Source: Balanoglossus misakiensis (Eukaryota > Animalia > Hemichordata). From it: a stretch of DNA of 64,000 bases. Each line of letters begins with the position of its first letter. Positions within the stretch are counted from its first letter, which is position 1. A program made the position numbers and the translations under genes. Shown one piece after another: positions 38,001-51,995 of this stretch. The notes below the pieces were generated by a model. The model did not search any database. It saw only the letters and a list, made by a program, of their open reading frames with translations, and was not told where the DNA came from. The stretch is taken from positions 13,775,921-13,839,920 of the forward strand of contig CM082581.2 of NCBI GenBank assembly GCA_040954595.2. The letters run 5' to 3'.

Positions 38001-41000
38001 CTACTTCCATAAGTTGCTTAGCTTGTCTGAGATGGGTGTAAAGTAGCCTAAGACCTTGTCCACAATCCCCTCCTCTGAAACAATCAAGAGAGATACAGCA
38101 AAAACTTTATCTTTCTGGTCAACACACACGGAAAAAAAACACACACCAACAAATGCGGCACATATCAGCACGTACAGTACTGGAAGCAACCTGCACACAC
38201 TGCAATACAGGGAGAACAAGAAGATTGGCAACAATTACTGCCATATTGCAGCAAAACAAGCAAAACACAACAACAAAACAACAATACCGGTATAAACAGA
38301 CATGCACTACAAAATGGATCCAGTCTTGTCACAAGCAATGGTGTATCATACTTTGCTTAAACTGTACAGGTAGTGCCAAAACATTATGTTTTTATCCAAC
38401 ATTTACAGTTTAGGGTGCACAAGATATTAGCATTTTAATCAGACTTGTCGTAATCACAGGTCTAAAACATGCCAATTTGAGTATTAAATTAGTAATTTTT
38501 TAAGTGTTGGCTTCTTAATGTTTTTTGTTTTAGAAAGACATGGATACAAAATAACATTAACAGAAGGTGGTGAAAGTTGCATGCCAACAGACAACAATGT
38601 GAAATGTGCAAAGCATTACAACACACACAGTCACTGACGGCATTAGCAACAAAATTAGTATTTTCATCACACACACACAATGAGGTCTATAGCTACTTGA
38701 CAAGCATCGCAAGACAGCCAGTCATGTTAGTTTCAAACAAAAGTATTCCAAACAGAGTAAATTACAAAAATTCTCTCTTTCTGTCAATGCTATTTTGGTA
38801 GTTTGATATTGGTATAACTGATGTGGCATCTTGCAAAAGAATTTTCAGCAAAAGAATCATCAAAATCATTGTTGTTAGTTTGTTGTTATTGTATTACTTC
38901 ATGTTTGTGTAAAGCATCGCAATTGCTCATTGCTCATGACTGCAGAACAATTCCTACATACGAAACTACCTGAAAAGGGTCTGGGTGGCCCCAAAGTTTC
39001 ATGAGTAGAATGATTATAGCAGACAGCCGAGACATGACTAGCATATAACAGACTTTAATTCCTACAACACACTGTACTAGTACTGTACTGAAACTCTGCA
39101 TTTTTTCTCTCTGTTGAAGGCTGCGATACTATCTCACAAAAATATCTCCTGAATGATGAAATTAGCTCAATAAGAGAAACATACGGTTTGCTGTACTCTG
39201 TAAATGTACTAATGTGTGGAATAATTACCTAGTCATGATTTCATATGGCCTTCTAACAAAATGCCCAAGGAGTAGATGCATGAAGGACTTTAATGGAAAG
39301 ACTTAATTGCATGGATATTAACAGAAAAGACATAAACTTTAAGCCCTGTAATACTTGGACTCAAGCTAAGCTGATTTTCAAGCAATTCATAGAAAGGAAC
39401 ATTCTATTTTAAGGGAGCTGTAATGATGTAAATACCTGGGGTGTGTGTGTGACTTGAATTTTGAAGCTTTCCATTGAAGATTATAGGAACGAATATGTTG
39501 TGCATTGTGCACAAAAGATATCTCATTTATATACGAGAAATAAATTAAGGTTAAAATCCAATAGTCATCCATTCACTCTTTCCTAGAAAATTCTTACACT
39601 GAAAGGTAAAAAAGTATTCAAATCATGCTTGTTTATCACAAATAAGTACAATATTTTAAGAGCATCACACTACTGACTAGACTGACACAAAATCTTAAGA
39701 TCTTTCCTATATTCATGTAAACAAGGCTTCAGAACAAAATTTCAGTGAGTGAAGAATTCTATTGCTGTTGCTTAAAATCTCAGCTTTTAAGAATTAGCTA
39801 TAAAAGTATACTTATTGTGAGTGTATTTTTGAGCACTGGAATGTTTGCATTGGGTTTAATGCACATGCATTCTGAAAGACATTTTTATTCTGGTTTCAAA
39901 GATGTCTGCTCACGTCATCTCAGTACCATTTATTCTAGCTGATTCCTTATTTTGAATGACGCTAATGATTTAATGTAAATCTGTCACAAAGCTACTAACT
40001 CTCGTTGGCTCTGGCAAGTAAACCTGTTATACCATAGCCCTTCTGATGAATGTCTGCACATTAGAAATTTATTAGCATTGCTGAAATTCAATTCTTTTAA
40101 GCTGTAACATTTGGTTTGTATTTCTTAAGAACGCCACATTTTTCGGTTGAATGTCAAACTGCAAACAATGAAGTTCAATTTCATTTGTCGGGTTAAAGAA
40201 TACTTTGAAAAATCACATGCAGTTGGCAGCTTAATCAGATTATGCAGCTGCAATATGTCTTCTAACCTGAAGCATCTTGAAGTCAGAAAGTGCAACCCAC
40301 AATATATTTTCAAGATAATTTTGTGATTAGCCAAGCCGAAACACAACAAGGACACGCTAATCTGTGATGCAGAGAATCTTCACAGAAAATTGCCTTCAGA
40401 TGAGGAAATATATCCCCACTGGTTGTGTGGTTTGGCTTGAAAAAGTGTCGGAGTATGAACATGATTATAGTGAAATCAATCATGCAGACTGAATTTGCCA
40501 AACAATCACGTACATGGCATGCACACACAACATCACTTTCATAGTTTTCTATTTTGATGGCCCAGATGAGTAGAATGTCATTCCACTTTACAAGAAATCT
40601 ACCAGTTTGTTTTGTTATCTCGTAAACCTCTTGGGGATCCATACATTTGCTGATAACAGTAACTTCCCCATCAAACTACCAATGATAAAATTTCATCTCC
40701 AAAGGTCAGAGGTCATGCCTGTGAAAATGAAGACAGCGTTGCTATGCCATGGGCCACTGATATGAAACTTTTGCTCGATAAAGCGACGCTGAACACCAAT
40801 GATTGCGCTGAAATCCATAACCTAACATTTGAACAGCTGCCTACCTAACACAAAATTTCTCTCGTGGTTTAATATCCAGAATCTCTCTTATTCATTTTTT
40901 ACATTACAACTAACATACACAAAAAGTGGAATTATAAATCCAAAGGGGGCTTGCTAATGGGTTATTTTTACTTCAAGACTGCACTGCCAAAGATTTCACA

Positions 41001-44000
41001 TTCTGATAATGTTTCTTATTTCTTATCAACATCTAAATCTGAGAATTTATATTTATGTCTCCCTGCCTTCTATTAGATGTCCATGGTTGGAATTCTGCAC
41101 AGGATGAGTAAAATGCAGTATGCATATGGTACATGGCAAATCTAAGCTTCTCGAGCAGATAAATCATTCAATCTCACATGCTTGCTATATGGCTTATATA
41201 CGCGTTACTGCGAGCATCTTTCAGAAGACACTATTCATTTAATGTCTGACTGCAAAAGAATTGCAGGATTTAATAATAATTTCAGAAGTTTAATCAACAG
41301 CATCCCCTTTGAGCCAAATACGGACACGAAACAAAATTCCTCAGCTGGGCCTCTGAGTATTTCACTCCTGTGAGTCGATCTCCGCAGAATGTAATAAGGG
41401 AGAGCGTAATCAGAGCTGTGTCCAGAAGGATTTACAGGTGATCTGATTTATTATGGCTTAAAGTACAAGACCATACCGGAGAATGTGTTTTAATTCAGAT
41501 TTGAGATTACTGCGGGCTGAACTCCTCTATCCTTGAATTCAAAATGAATACCTGGCTGTAATAAGCTGCCAGACATTTTCAGATGAAATTAAAACAATGT
41601 GAAAAATAGATTTCTGAGGGCAAAAAATCCAATACAACACACACACAAACAAACACACACATACATTATCCATCTACCAGTAAATCTAATTTTTTCAGAC
41701 AATAATATTGACATGACAATTACAGATAAACATTGAATGGTACAGATAATTAGCCTGTGGAGCAAATCTCTTGTATTTTCATTATAATTGTGCCCTGCAT
41801 ATAACAGTGTACATCTCATTCGTGTCTGTCAGGAAAGTGACATGAACATCCGGCTGCCCAAGCACTTTCAAGCAAACAACAAACAAAATCCTCACAAGGA
41901 GGATTAACTTCACATGCCTTGACAGCCAAGCTGGTAGCTTTCCGTTTCTGCCTTTCTCGGATGAGTCAAACCTTTTCAGGAATGAATATATGATGCATCT
42001 GACATAAAGACAGGAGGAAACTTTGGAAAAACAGAGTTCAAGCCATAGGCAACATTGAATTTCTGCAGAGAAGACCAATTGACATTCCAAGGAGATGGCA
42101 ATTATTCTTTCTGCTGTGGTAATTGGTTCGAGTTCCATTACTGCGGCAGTCTCTGCCTTTAACAACAATCCTGTTTATGCTCGTGGTGTTCTGACTATCT
42201 GGGTTCATCATTACAACACCGCCTAGCACTCGTTTGACTGAAAAGGCAAGGCTGTAACTTGGGTAATAGCCTTTCAGGAATTATTAGTCTGGGTCTGCAT
42301 ATTCCCGGGCATCAAAGGGAAACCTCCACATAGTCTTCTACTAGTGAAGGCATTTGCTGAGAGGTTTTTAAACCAATGTTCGTTCACAATAGGGATCTTC
42401 ATTTTCTGTTTAAATTGAACATTCTCTCTCCTGGAATTGACGGAAGGCAAAATCACTCAGAAATTCCTTTTGCCTCAGTGTTACTTTGTCCTGACACCCT
42501 CCCTTTTCCTGCACCCTCTTCAGATATACACTAAAATAAAGCACACTCCATCCACAAACATTTTCTCAGGAATTCTCTTCATTTCACTATGTGATAGATA
42601 TCGTACAAGTACAAAATCATAATTGATTGTAAGAATCTTGGACTGTTCCTAGGTTTGCTATTTCCAGTATTCTGGTTGTTCGGCTAGAAATCTATGATAT
42701 ATCTAATGTGCTCTTGAATTTGGCTTTAAAAACAATAAATACTACCAAACAAGAAATGTTACGATATCACAGTTGAAGGATAAAATAAAATGAACATCGA
42801 AAATTGTTCAAATATTGTACAGTTTTTCAAACCTGTTTACTTGACAATAAGTAAATACATGTACAAATGTATATAGATATATGTACATCATATATTCTGG
42901 CAGTAATGACTTTCTTAATGTACTCAGTTGCACTTAAACTTAGGTTTGCAATTCCTAGATCACATGACACTTATGTTTATTTTATTTAAGTTTAAAAAAT
43001 CACACATACTTCGTACTCATGTACAATGTACATCCATTTTGGCATTCTGATATTCTGTGTTAATGCCAAAATATCCACAAAAGTTGATTATTGTCAATTA
43101 TGTTAAGTAGTTAGTCCATTAATGTGTTTTTGGTTGGGGTTTTTTGGGGGTGTGGGTTAGTATTCACATTGCTAACACCACTATGAGACACACGCAAAAC
43201 ACCCAACATCAAAATGGCAGCACACAGCAACATCACCATGGCAACTAGATAAAGGTGAAACAACAACAAATACCACCACCACCTTCATCATCGTCATCGA
43301 TGGCTGCTTGCTGCTGTGCCTGCATTTCCATGGGGGTTTTCTTCTTGCGTCCTATTCTTCCAGCCTCAGGATCCACTGGTTCCTCTTCCACCCTCTTTTT
43401 CAGACCATACTACAAACAAAACAAGCAAGAAACGCCTTTACTATATCAGCAATGATTTCATCATCGATCTGAATATTAACACTAAGCATTTAATTCTGTC
43501 TCAGGGAGTAAACAAGAAACCATTGGTTGATGCACAGAAGAAAATACTGAAAAAAGGCCCGAAGTTATGAATAGTGGACCTTGAATGGGTTTCCTGGAAT
43601 GGAATGATGACGCTGCCAGCAGAACTGACTGAATACCAATAGTAAACAATTCTTCCATCTGACAGCAATTCAATCATATTGAGAGATTATTAAAAGGAGG
43701 TGAGTGCAATCAGAATAAAAACGTGCACAAACTACAAATATAACCATTCCAACATTCTTCTGCTTGCAAATTGGTTACCATGGCAGTGGACAGTTCTATA
43801 GACTAGACCGGTGTTTCCTTAGCAGCACAACTGTGGCAGCATGCAGTCTCAGTTGTTGTCTACTGTCCAGAAACTGAACATAATTTATTGCACAGTCTAG
43901 CAGACCTAAATTAAATCCCTGTCAGGGTCTGTTCTGGTAGTATGAGCTAGTTACATGGATGCAATCATATTCACCCAATCACTGTCTGATCATTTTTGGT

Positions 44001-47000
44001 ATAGAACGTACTGCTTAGTTGTATAATTGACTTTGGAAACAAAACATCAGTTTTGACTTTGGCATTATATAAACTTTGCTGCTAACGCTTGCTGATTGAT
44101 TGATTGATTGACCGATCAATTAATCACTGCAGGCTTACGAAACATCAGATGATGATCATCGATAATGAACAAATCCCCCTTATATCAGTTCTCTTAAATT
44201 CTAACCGAAGTATATCAGTATCTCAAGAAAAGAGTTCCTGAAAGAAAATGCAGGTGAAAAAGAAGAAGACCAAACATTCTGCTGTCTGAATATCATCCTT
44301 GACTAACATGTACATTAGAGACACCTGACCTCAGACCCCTATACCGTGGCACTAAAAGCTAACGTTCCCTCAGGAAATCAAGTTCCTTGAATAATGATGT
44401 ATCCCCACCATCCCTGGAGGCTATCCCTGCTGCGTCTCTATGGTAACCATTTTAACTTGTCTCAGTTACCCACTTTCAAGTACTTGCCTTGATCGCCAAG
44501 GTCATCTAGCACCTGACTGGCTATGGTTATGTTTTTGCCCCTTAAAAACTATATCAGATATAAGTAAAACCGGACACTCTATACTATAGAGGTTCTTTAC
44601 TATGTGGTTCCATATGATGTACATGTATTAAATACGTTCTACAGTCGAGAAGGTTACAGTCGACTAGACACAAATTCCAGCTATGCATCTATGCTTGCAT
44701 GCACCATCGCCTATCATAGTGGTAATATCAGTTTCTGACTTCAACAACTGAGCCAACACCATCAGCCTAACATCTATGGTGTGAAATTAATGATCAAAAC
44801 ATATACTTTTATTCATCGATATTTGGTCTCACTTCATCGCTCCCAGAGGTTTGGACCCACAGATAGGGAAACAGGGTGAAAAGAGGGTTTTCTTTTAGGC
44901 AATGATTGTAGTGAACAGCTGGCTGGGAATTGGTACGTGTCACTTATTCAGTTTTTTATCTTGCAATCCAGATTTGTTGCCACAAGTCAAAGTGAGTGTC
45001 TGGAAAGACACTAGCTCGCAGCTGTGCTGATGACAGTTACAGCAATACATCAGACATGTAGCAAACATATTTGCATGATTGAGATGCTAAGTGGATTTTA
45101 CACTTTGAGAACTGACAATCTGACTGTCAGTGCTAAACATGTTATCCACCAGATACACTTCACTGAAGCTTCTGTCATGTGTGAATTCAATGAATCTCCT
45201 AAAAACATCCACATACACTATCTGAAAGTCTTTTGAACAATGTATTCAAGACAAAATTTTTGTGAATTTATGACTTTATTGTTATCGTGCATATTTTCCC
45301 CATATTTCTAGTATCACGAGATTTGCATGTGAGTTTAAAGCACCACAAGAAATGGAAATTGAAGTTCTTGCCAATTACTGATTTCTCTTTGGGTGGCCAT
45401 GAAAAAAATGCAAAGCAAACAACTCGATGCCCTGATGGAAAGTCGCCAATAATTGATTTCGTGTATTAAAAAGATGAAACCAGCTCATAAACAGAAACTG
45501 TGAAAATGCATATAGTTCTCCATAATGACCAATCAGGAAATACTTTAGATGTCCCCTCTAACTACCATGACAACAGCCAATCAAATAATACCATACAAAT
45601 TCTTCTGGCATGAAGAAAACATGCAGTCATTACCATGAAAGCAGGAAATGCAACCATACATTATACCTGAATGACACAACCTTATGCTTCAGCAGGATCT
45701 AATATGTTGCCATGACAAGAGCTTATTACTAGTTACCAGGATATTACCAGAGTGCAACATTCCAACCTTGCACACTGACAGCCAATCATTACAAACCTCT
45801 GACATGTGTCAGGGCAAACTGAAACTTGTGACAGTTTCTGGCAGTCTCACCTTATCGCGAATATCCTGTCTGACTTTTTCTCGTTCTGCTTCAAATTTTG
45901 CATGTTTTGCTTTCCTTTCTTCTTCCTGTTCCCGCCTGGCCTCTGCAACCTCGGGATCTTCCTCTTCTGCGGCACCCTCTCCCTCCTCTTTATCACCGGC
46001 TATCTTCCCAAATTCTCCTGAAAATTGAACAGATATCCAACTATTAAAGGTATACAGTCACCTATGCAGAGATCTAGCCAATCACAGGTTTTCAGTTGTC
46101 AGTTGTCAGATAATAATATTGGTACATGTATGTACATGGCTTATTAATGGACACGTCCGCAAAGGTGCTTGTTCTCAATTGAAATGTTAATTTTAAGTGT
46201 TCAATTATTGTGACAGTGATCTTTTAAAGAGCATGCATTATAGTCGGAATTGCAATATTCTCTCCAGACTAGTATAAATTTAGCTCTTGTAGTTCGTTCA
46301 CATGTATGGGCAAGAAAAGTGCTTTCTTGTTTACACTGACAACGCAATTACGGTATTTTCCAATTGAGCTTCTACTACTGTATACTGATAACAAGATAAA
46401 ATATAGAGCTTTTAAAAATGTAATGGGGCCTTACAAGGGCAATCTTGTCAATGCTTTCCAACCTTTTTTATTTTTCTCTTTGATTTTCCCTTTGCACAAC
46501 CAACCTTTACATGCATGTGAAGTACATGACAATTGGGTTTCATATCTGACCAAAGGTACAGAGATAGATGTAAAAAACAAGAATAAACTCAATAGTGTAT
46601 TGATTAATCTTTCATCATGAAATCACAAATATTTGGCTCACTTCACGTTACAGCCCCTTTATTGTATTCCCGTCAAGAAGCTGAGGTGAAGCGCTACACC
46701 TTTCACCGATCAGTTTTGTAGAATATTGATTGGCAGGTTTGCAATGATTGAATGTAGGTAGTCCTGTTGAGAGACAATCAATTTGTCACTCTCATCAATA
46801 CAATCAGTAGCCAACTCGCAGTCTCTACAAAAGTTGTGATTTTCAAAATAGCCCACCCCTGACCCCTTCACCATAAACGCATCTCAGAATGACTCATTTC
46901 TCCATAAATTGGGTTATTACCAGAATCAGGTGATCAGGTCACCATGGAAACAGATTAGTGGTTGGATCCTTTAGTGACTGACATCTTCAGCATTCAACAA

Positions 47001-50000
47001 ATCAACATCACTTCTGAAGCATTCTTTCACAAAAGACAAGAGGACAATGTTATATCCCATTATTGTCCCTGTGTGTATACACAGCTAGAAAACTACAAAC
47101 AGAGTTTAGGACATATGCCTGTACAGTCAGTAAGTAAGTGTTTCAAGCCCTGAAATACCGGTATGATACTTGGGGGCCTGTAAAATTGGTCAGATTTGTT
47201 GCCTTCCCCACAAAGATGCAATTTTTTAAAACAGACATATGATGACTACAAAACAATCAGCAGAAAATTTACAGGAGTACATGTCAATGAGAATCCCCAC
47301 AATGCAAATGATATTGAAAGTTCACGAAATTTCAGCCACATTTGCGAGGATTGTAAGTAATATTGTAAGTAATATACAAAATGAGTTCTGTTACAAGGTC
47401 AGTCAAAGAACAAACAGGCCGGTCTACATTAACTGTGAAGCAGTATTAATCCCAAAACAGCTCACAGCAATAACCTAGTTTCAAATCAATCCATTTGGCT
47501 AAAAACTCCAAAACTCATAAAATTCATCATCTGTCATTTTGTTGGCTTTCTTCATACTTTAAACTCCACAGGCAAGTGCTGATACTTTATGATTGCATGT
47601 CATTAAATTTATGAAAAATATTTAACAAGAAAAGAGTATGATTTAACTTTTGATATAATTTATGAAAATCAACGTTTGATGATAAAATACGGATAATTAA
47701 TGAAGTAAAAAAGCCAATTTAAACCAAGGTGACAAGAACTGATTTACTGTAGCCCGGAAGGATGAAGTCTGATAAGAATGAATTCATTGATAGCTGTCCA
47801 CAGTGGCATATAATAGCAAGCTTAGAATTCTGCAACTCCACCCCAACAGCAGCCCACGTTCAGAAACTCGACACTACAGTCAGCAAATCATGGAGATTTA
47901 TTTCTTATCCTCAGACGCATTAATGAAGTTGCATTTCACCGTTGCAGTCTAATTCCCACCATGCACCCAGCACACTGATTGTTCCAGAAGCATTGTGGTA
48001 GCCGTTTTTTAAGCTACATGCATTTGATCTATAGTTACACAATTTCTCTCGTTGCCAGAGTAGTGATAGAGGCAGAAATACACACGGTTTCACCAGTACA
48101 GCTAGTATAGCCTGTGTTAACCGAACCCTGTCTAACACCCTTTCCAGTGAGTCTCCTTCACATAGAACCTCAATAAACCAGATGCCTCTGAAAACTGAAC
48201 AATATACTTAGTTCCTGACAGAACTGAAAGAATTTAACTGTAGCAATCGCTGCGACCTTTCAAAACCATGTGTTTATGACAAGAGCCACTTTGAATGCCT
48301 ACGTTTGAGTGACCTCTCTCCTTAATTTGTTTCTTATCAAATTGATAGGACAGCCCAGTCAGAGAAAAAACCAAGGCCCCATTCCATAATCAAATCACAG
48401 TTCTGTAAAGTAACATGGAGACAAATAGTGAGAGCAAAACTGACTCAAATTCAAAATTCAAAATGGCCGACATCTCTGTTTTAACTCTATGCCTATGGAG
48501 ATCAATCAAGTAACAATTTTTATGAAAACAAGATGGAGAACTATCATTTTTTTCCTGAAAATCTGTCCTGAGGCATGCATTTTTATCTTTGCTCTGACCC
48601 TTCATTAATTTTAATGACATTCATAATTTATTCTTAAAATTCTCAAGTGATGCAGATGCCATAGAGAACACATTATGCATGCATCTACCCTTAACTTTCT
48701 CAGTGTTTAAATATTACCACATACTAGGTGATTTTATTATCAAAGGTTATCATCACAACTTCATGTACTTCATTTCATGGACAGCTACACCTCAATACTG
48801 ATTACAAAATATTTTTGAATTTTACTGGGTGAAACACAAAATTAACGAAAAAAAAAAAAAATTATAGTTCCTGATTTTACTCACTCTGTTAAACATAATT
48901 TAATACAGCTGTATACTGCGATGAAATGCCTTTTCATTTCCCCCTATGCATATTTAATTATCGTATCTTGGATTGAAAAACAGAATTTCACGACTGGCCT
49001 CTCAATTTACTGCACAATGGAAGATACCAAAACGCTGGGCAGGTGTGAAAGGCTGGAAATCGTGGGACAGTGTTTCCCACAGGGGATAATATTATCCTAG
49101 AAATTGCAAAAAAAAAAGTATGAAACTGTTATAAAAATAGATGACATTTAAGAGGCTAACACGGTACTTATTTTTTTTCGTTTTTGACATTCATATTTGA
49201 AAATACAAGCTAGATTTAAGTTGTCATTTCGGCTCGCTGACAAAAATACACTTTTCCTGACTATAGTTGTGTGTATTGATTACTCTGTATTTTCAATGCA
49301 ATACATGTAATATTAGAAAAGGACTACTATGCTATGTGTCACTAATCCATACAAACTACAAGCACACGTCTACAAATCAATATTTATCATTTCACTCTGT
49401 TCCAGTTTTCATAGGTACAGCACTATAGATCACAGAGGCCCTTGAAATATATTTCATAGCAGGAAATATTCTTTGCTGAAAAACGTCATCATTTCAGTGT
49501 AAACGTTCAAATTAAAAATTATATTAAATGTTCATTTTGTAAAAAAGGTATTTTTATTTATTTAACCTCAATATGGAAAATAAAAGAAAAATTCAAATAG
49601 ATAGAAAATTCCTAGAACAAGCTTGCTATATTTTTTTTGTGGTACTACATTTTATCTAATTTATTATCTGATTACTTAATTGCCCTAAATTCGGTTCTTT
49701 ACATTTGATAAATAGAGAAATGAAACTGCATGATGGAGCATGAGATGACAATGATGTACGACAAGCAATAATGAACATATGGTGACACATCTGCTGTACT
49801 GATTCATGCACTAGACACAGTTTTATGAAAACATTCTCATTTCAGCGACATACATGGTTATTATGAAACAACATCACATTCAATTGTTGTCTCGTTTCAG
49901 CGTTAAAAAGAACCCTATCGCATCCAACAGATATCGGCACTGTCCAGGACGATTCTGACTTCATGTTTTCATCACAGAAATCGACGCTGTGTACGCACTT

Positions 50001-51995
50001 TCCCTTCCTGCTCCACATTTTTTAAATTCTCATTCAAAAAGGAACATTCCCTTCACTCTCTTGTAACTGTCAATTCTACTTTGGCACAATTCAGCTGAAA
50101 GTCCAATCAATAGTGCTTTGCATGAATTCCCCTTTGAGTCTTCCTACACTTGAGTTCACTGCCCGACTTTCACAGCCTCAATTTGTATTCACAACTCGAC
50201 TAGATTTTATACTCCTTGCCTTTTGCTTTGTAACATTCTAGTCCCAAATTTTCCCTGCAGCACTTTCCACTCAGGGAACACCATCCCCATGATGTGTTTC
50301 TCCGAGCAAAATCGGCAGAGCTTCAAATTCATTTCTCCTTTAAAATCTCAGATTTCTCACACTGCTCATTTTCGATTGACATTTATCAACTGACTAAACC
50401 ATGAAATTGAGGTTTTTTCCTCTTTTTTTCTGCAATGATCACTCACTCTGCCAGAAATTCATGTTGATTTGTTAAATTCTCCTGCCATGTGTTTCTCCAC
50501 CATTTCACTTAAGAAGTGTTCATTTTTTGTGCGCTTATTCTCTAACGCTCAATCCCTTGTATTTGTGGGGGGTCGGCAAAGGTAGATGAACAACTCGGGG
50601 ATGAAAATGAAATCTCGCTAATGGATTAAGTCGCTGCGTGCGTGTGTGTGTGCAGGGCAGGGCGGGTACGTACAGCAAGACAGATAACCATGTCTGGAGG
50701 GTACAGTAAGTCCATTACTTTTTGCAGCTGCATCAAAATACACATGCAGTCGATCTCCTGATGGGAGGATGGTAAAATCATATTCACCTCAACCTTTACA
50801 AAACACCATTGAAACCTTCCCTACTGCTTTCCCTGTCATACTTTCAGCTCCATCAGCGACAGAGGTTGACTGTTATGGCCATGCAAAATCCTACTCAACA
50901 CATTGTAAAACTTCTCTCCGCGCATTCATAATATACGCATAAAATGGATCGTGCTTACATACAGAATGTGGAACAGACTCTGAGAAATAAATATATTCTG
51001 GGGATTTTGCAATCCAACCTCAAAGCAAGAGCAACATATCCACATTTCAGTGATGAAAATAATGCTAGATGAGATGTTTACCTATGCTGAAATCAATAAT
51101 CACCATAAGTGCCTTCTTAGGAATGAGTTTGTTCTCTTGGGAAAAGTACAAAACCATCAAATTCTAAATACGTAACTGGTGTTCTATATTATAAAATATC
51201 ATCTTTCAAATTCAATTGCATCCGAGATTATACATTATGGATATGAAGTGTTTACTGAAAAAAATCTGTAGATGCTGTATTTTTGGTTAAATTTTTTTCA
51301 TTTTAACATACTGGTCGGCTATAGCTCCATGGCTCTGTTATTTAGTCAATAGTTGGGGATGAAATAATCCTCTTTAAGGATTAGTTTTTAGTACGAGTTC
51401 ATACTTGACCGTTTCAAGTCAGTGGGTGATTTGAGGTTACAAGTATCAGTCACATAATATGTATCCTCTGTCTTCCTGGTACCACCCATTTGGCCCTACA
51501 ATTTATTGCCCTATTTGCTGGTGTTGTTTTCCTGATATACTTTTTCAACAAAACCTCTTTTACATCTATTAGCAATACAATGCATATCAATTCATGTCAA
51601 GTTCTTTGAATGCCAAAATCTCCATCTCTTGCACCAGGATGACAGGAGAATGTGATATTTTTCATGCAAAAACAAAACTTGTATTGCCCTGCAATTAATG
51701 AATCTGCCTGAATCCTGAGATACAATAGAGCACCTCAAATTAATGTGCATATTCATACAGAAAGTAATGAATTATTGAATTATTAAAATGTGTGATGCAA
51801 ATACGGGATCGAGCTGTATTTACCAAGTCAGTAATATTTCAGTTAAGAAAAAACACTGTGTTTTACCACAGTGAACTACCAATTACTACCACGACATTTT
51901 TTTCTCAAAAAAATGACGGAGATGGAAATTGGAATCAAACCTTTGACACTGCTAATCTTGCTTCCAACCAGCTGTTTTGCGACAAATGCTGCCAT
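38001..51995 (-). CDS. CPLX: Complexin (synaphin), SNARE-binding regulator of synaptic vesicle fusion; about 140 aa isoform with amphipathic C-terminal exon
   Basis: Exons on minus: 51995-51941 (MAAFVAKQLVGSKISSVKG), 46017-45851 (..EEERKAKHAKFEAEREKVRQDIRDK, the central SNARE-binding helix), 43409-43283 (YGLKKRVEEEP..GRIGRKKKTP..DDDDE; exact donor uncertain among tandem GGT units), 38074-38001 (EEGIVDKVLGYFTPISDKLSNLWK*, resembling the complexin-1/2 amphipathic tail). Phases 1,0,1 are compatible. The last exon is less certain than the first three. Confidence 0.92.
40703..40715 (+). promoter_or_regulatory. Perfect DR1 element (AGGTCA-g-AGGTCA), PPAR/RXR-type site, in the last complexin intron
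   Basis: Exact consensus seen in the sequence; function not shown. Confidence 0.3.
43245..43409 (-). CDS. CPLX: Complexin exon 3 read-through form giving an alternative C-terminus ...DDDDEGGGGICCCFTFI* (128 aa isoform)
   Basis: The exon 3 donor is weak (AAG|GTGGTG). The frame stays open to TAG at 43247-43245. Tandem AATAAA on minus at 42976-42986 lies about 260 nt downstream. Confidence 0.5.
   Translation of the reverse strand, partial: YGLKKRVEEEPVDPEAGRIGRKKKTPMEMQAQQQAAIDDDDEGGGGICCCFTFI

Noticed and set aside
41900-42440. Several minus-strand acceptor-like sites (near 41998, 42237, 42430) that could be further complexin terminal exons, including a ..CQGM* ending
   Set aside because: The peptides show no complexin-like features and the CQGM frame has an intervening stop. 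They cannot be excluded without RNA-seq.
45684-46028. Plus-strand ORFs rich in Ser/Phe (also 43255-43455)
   Set aside because: They are antisense shadows of the Glu/Lys-rich complexin exons.
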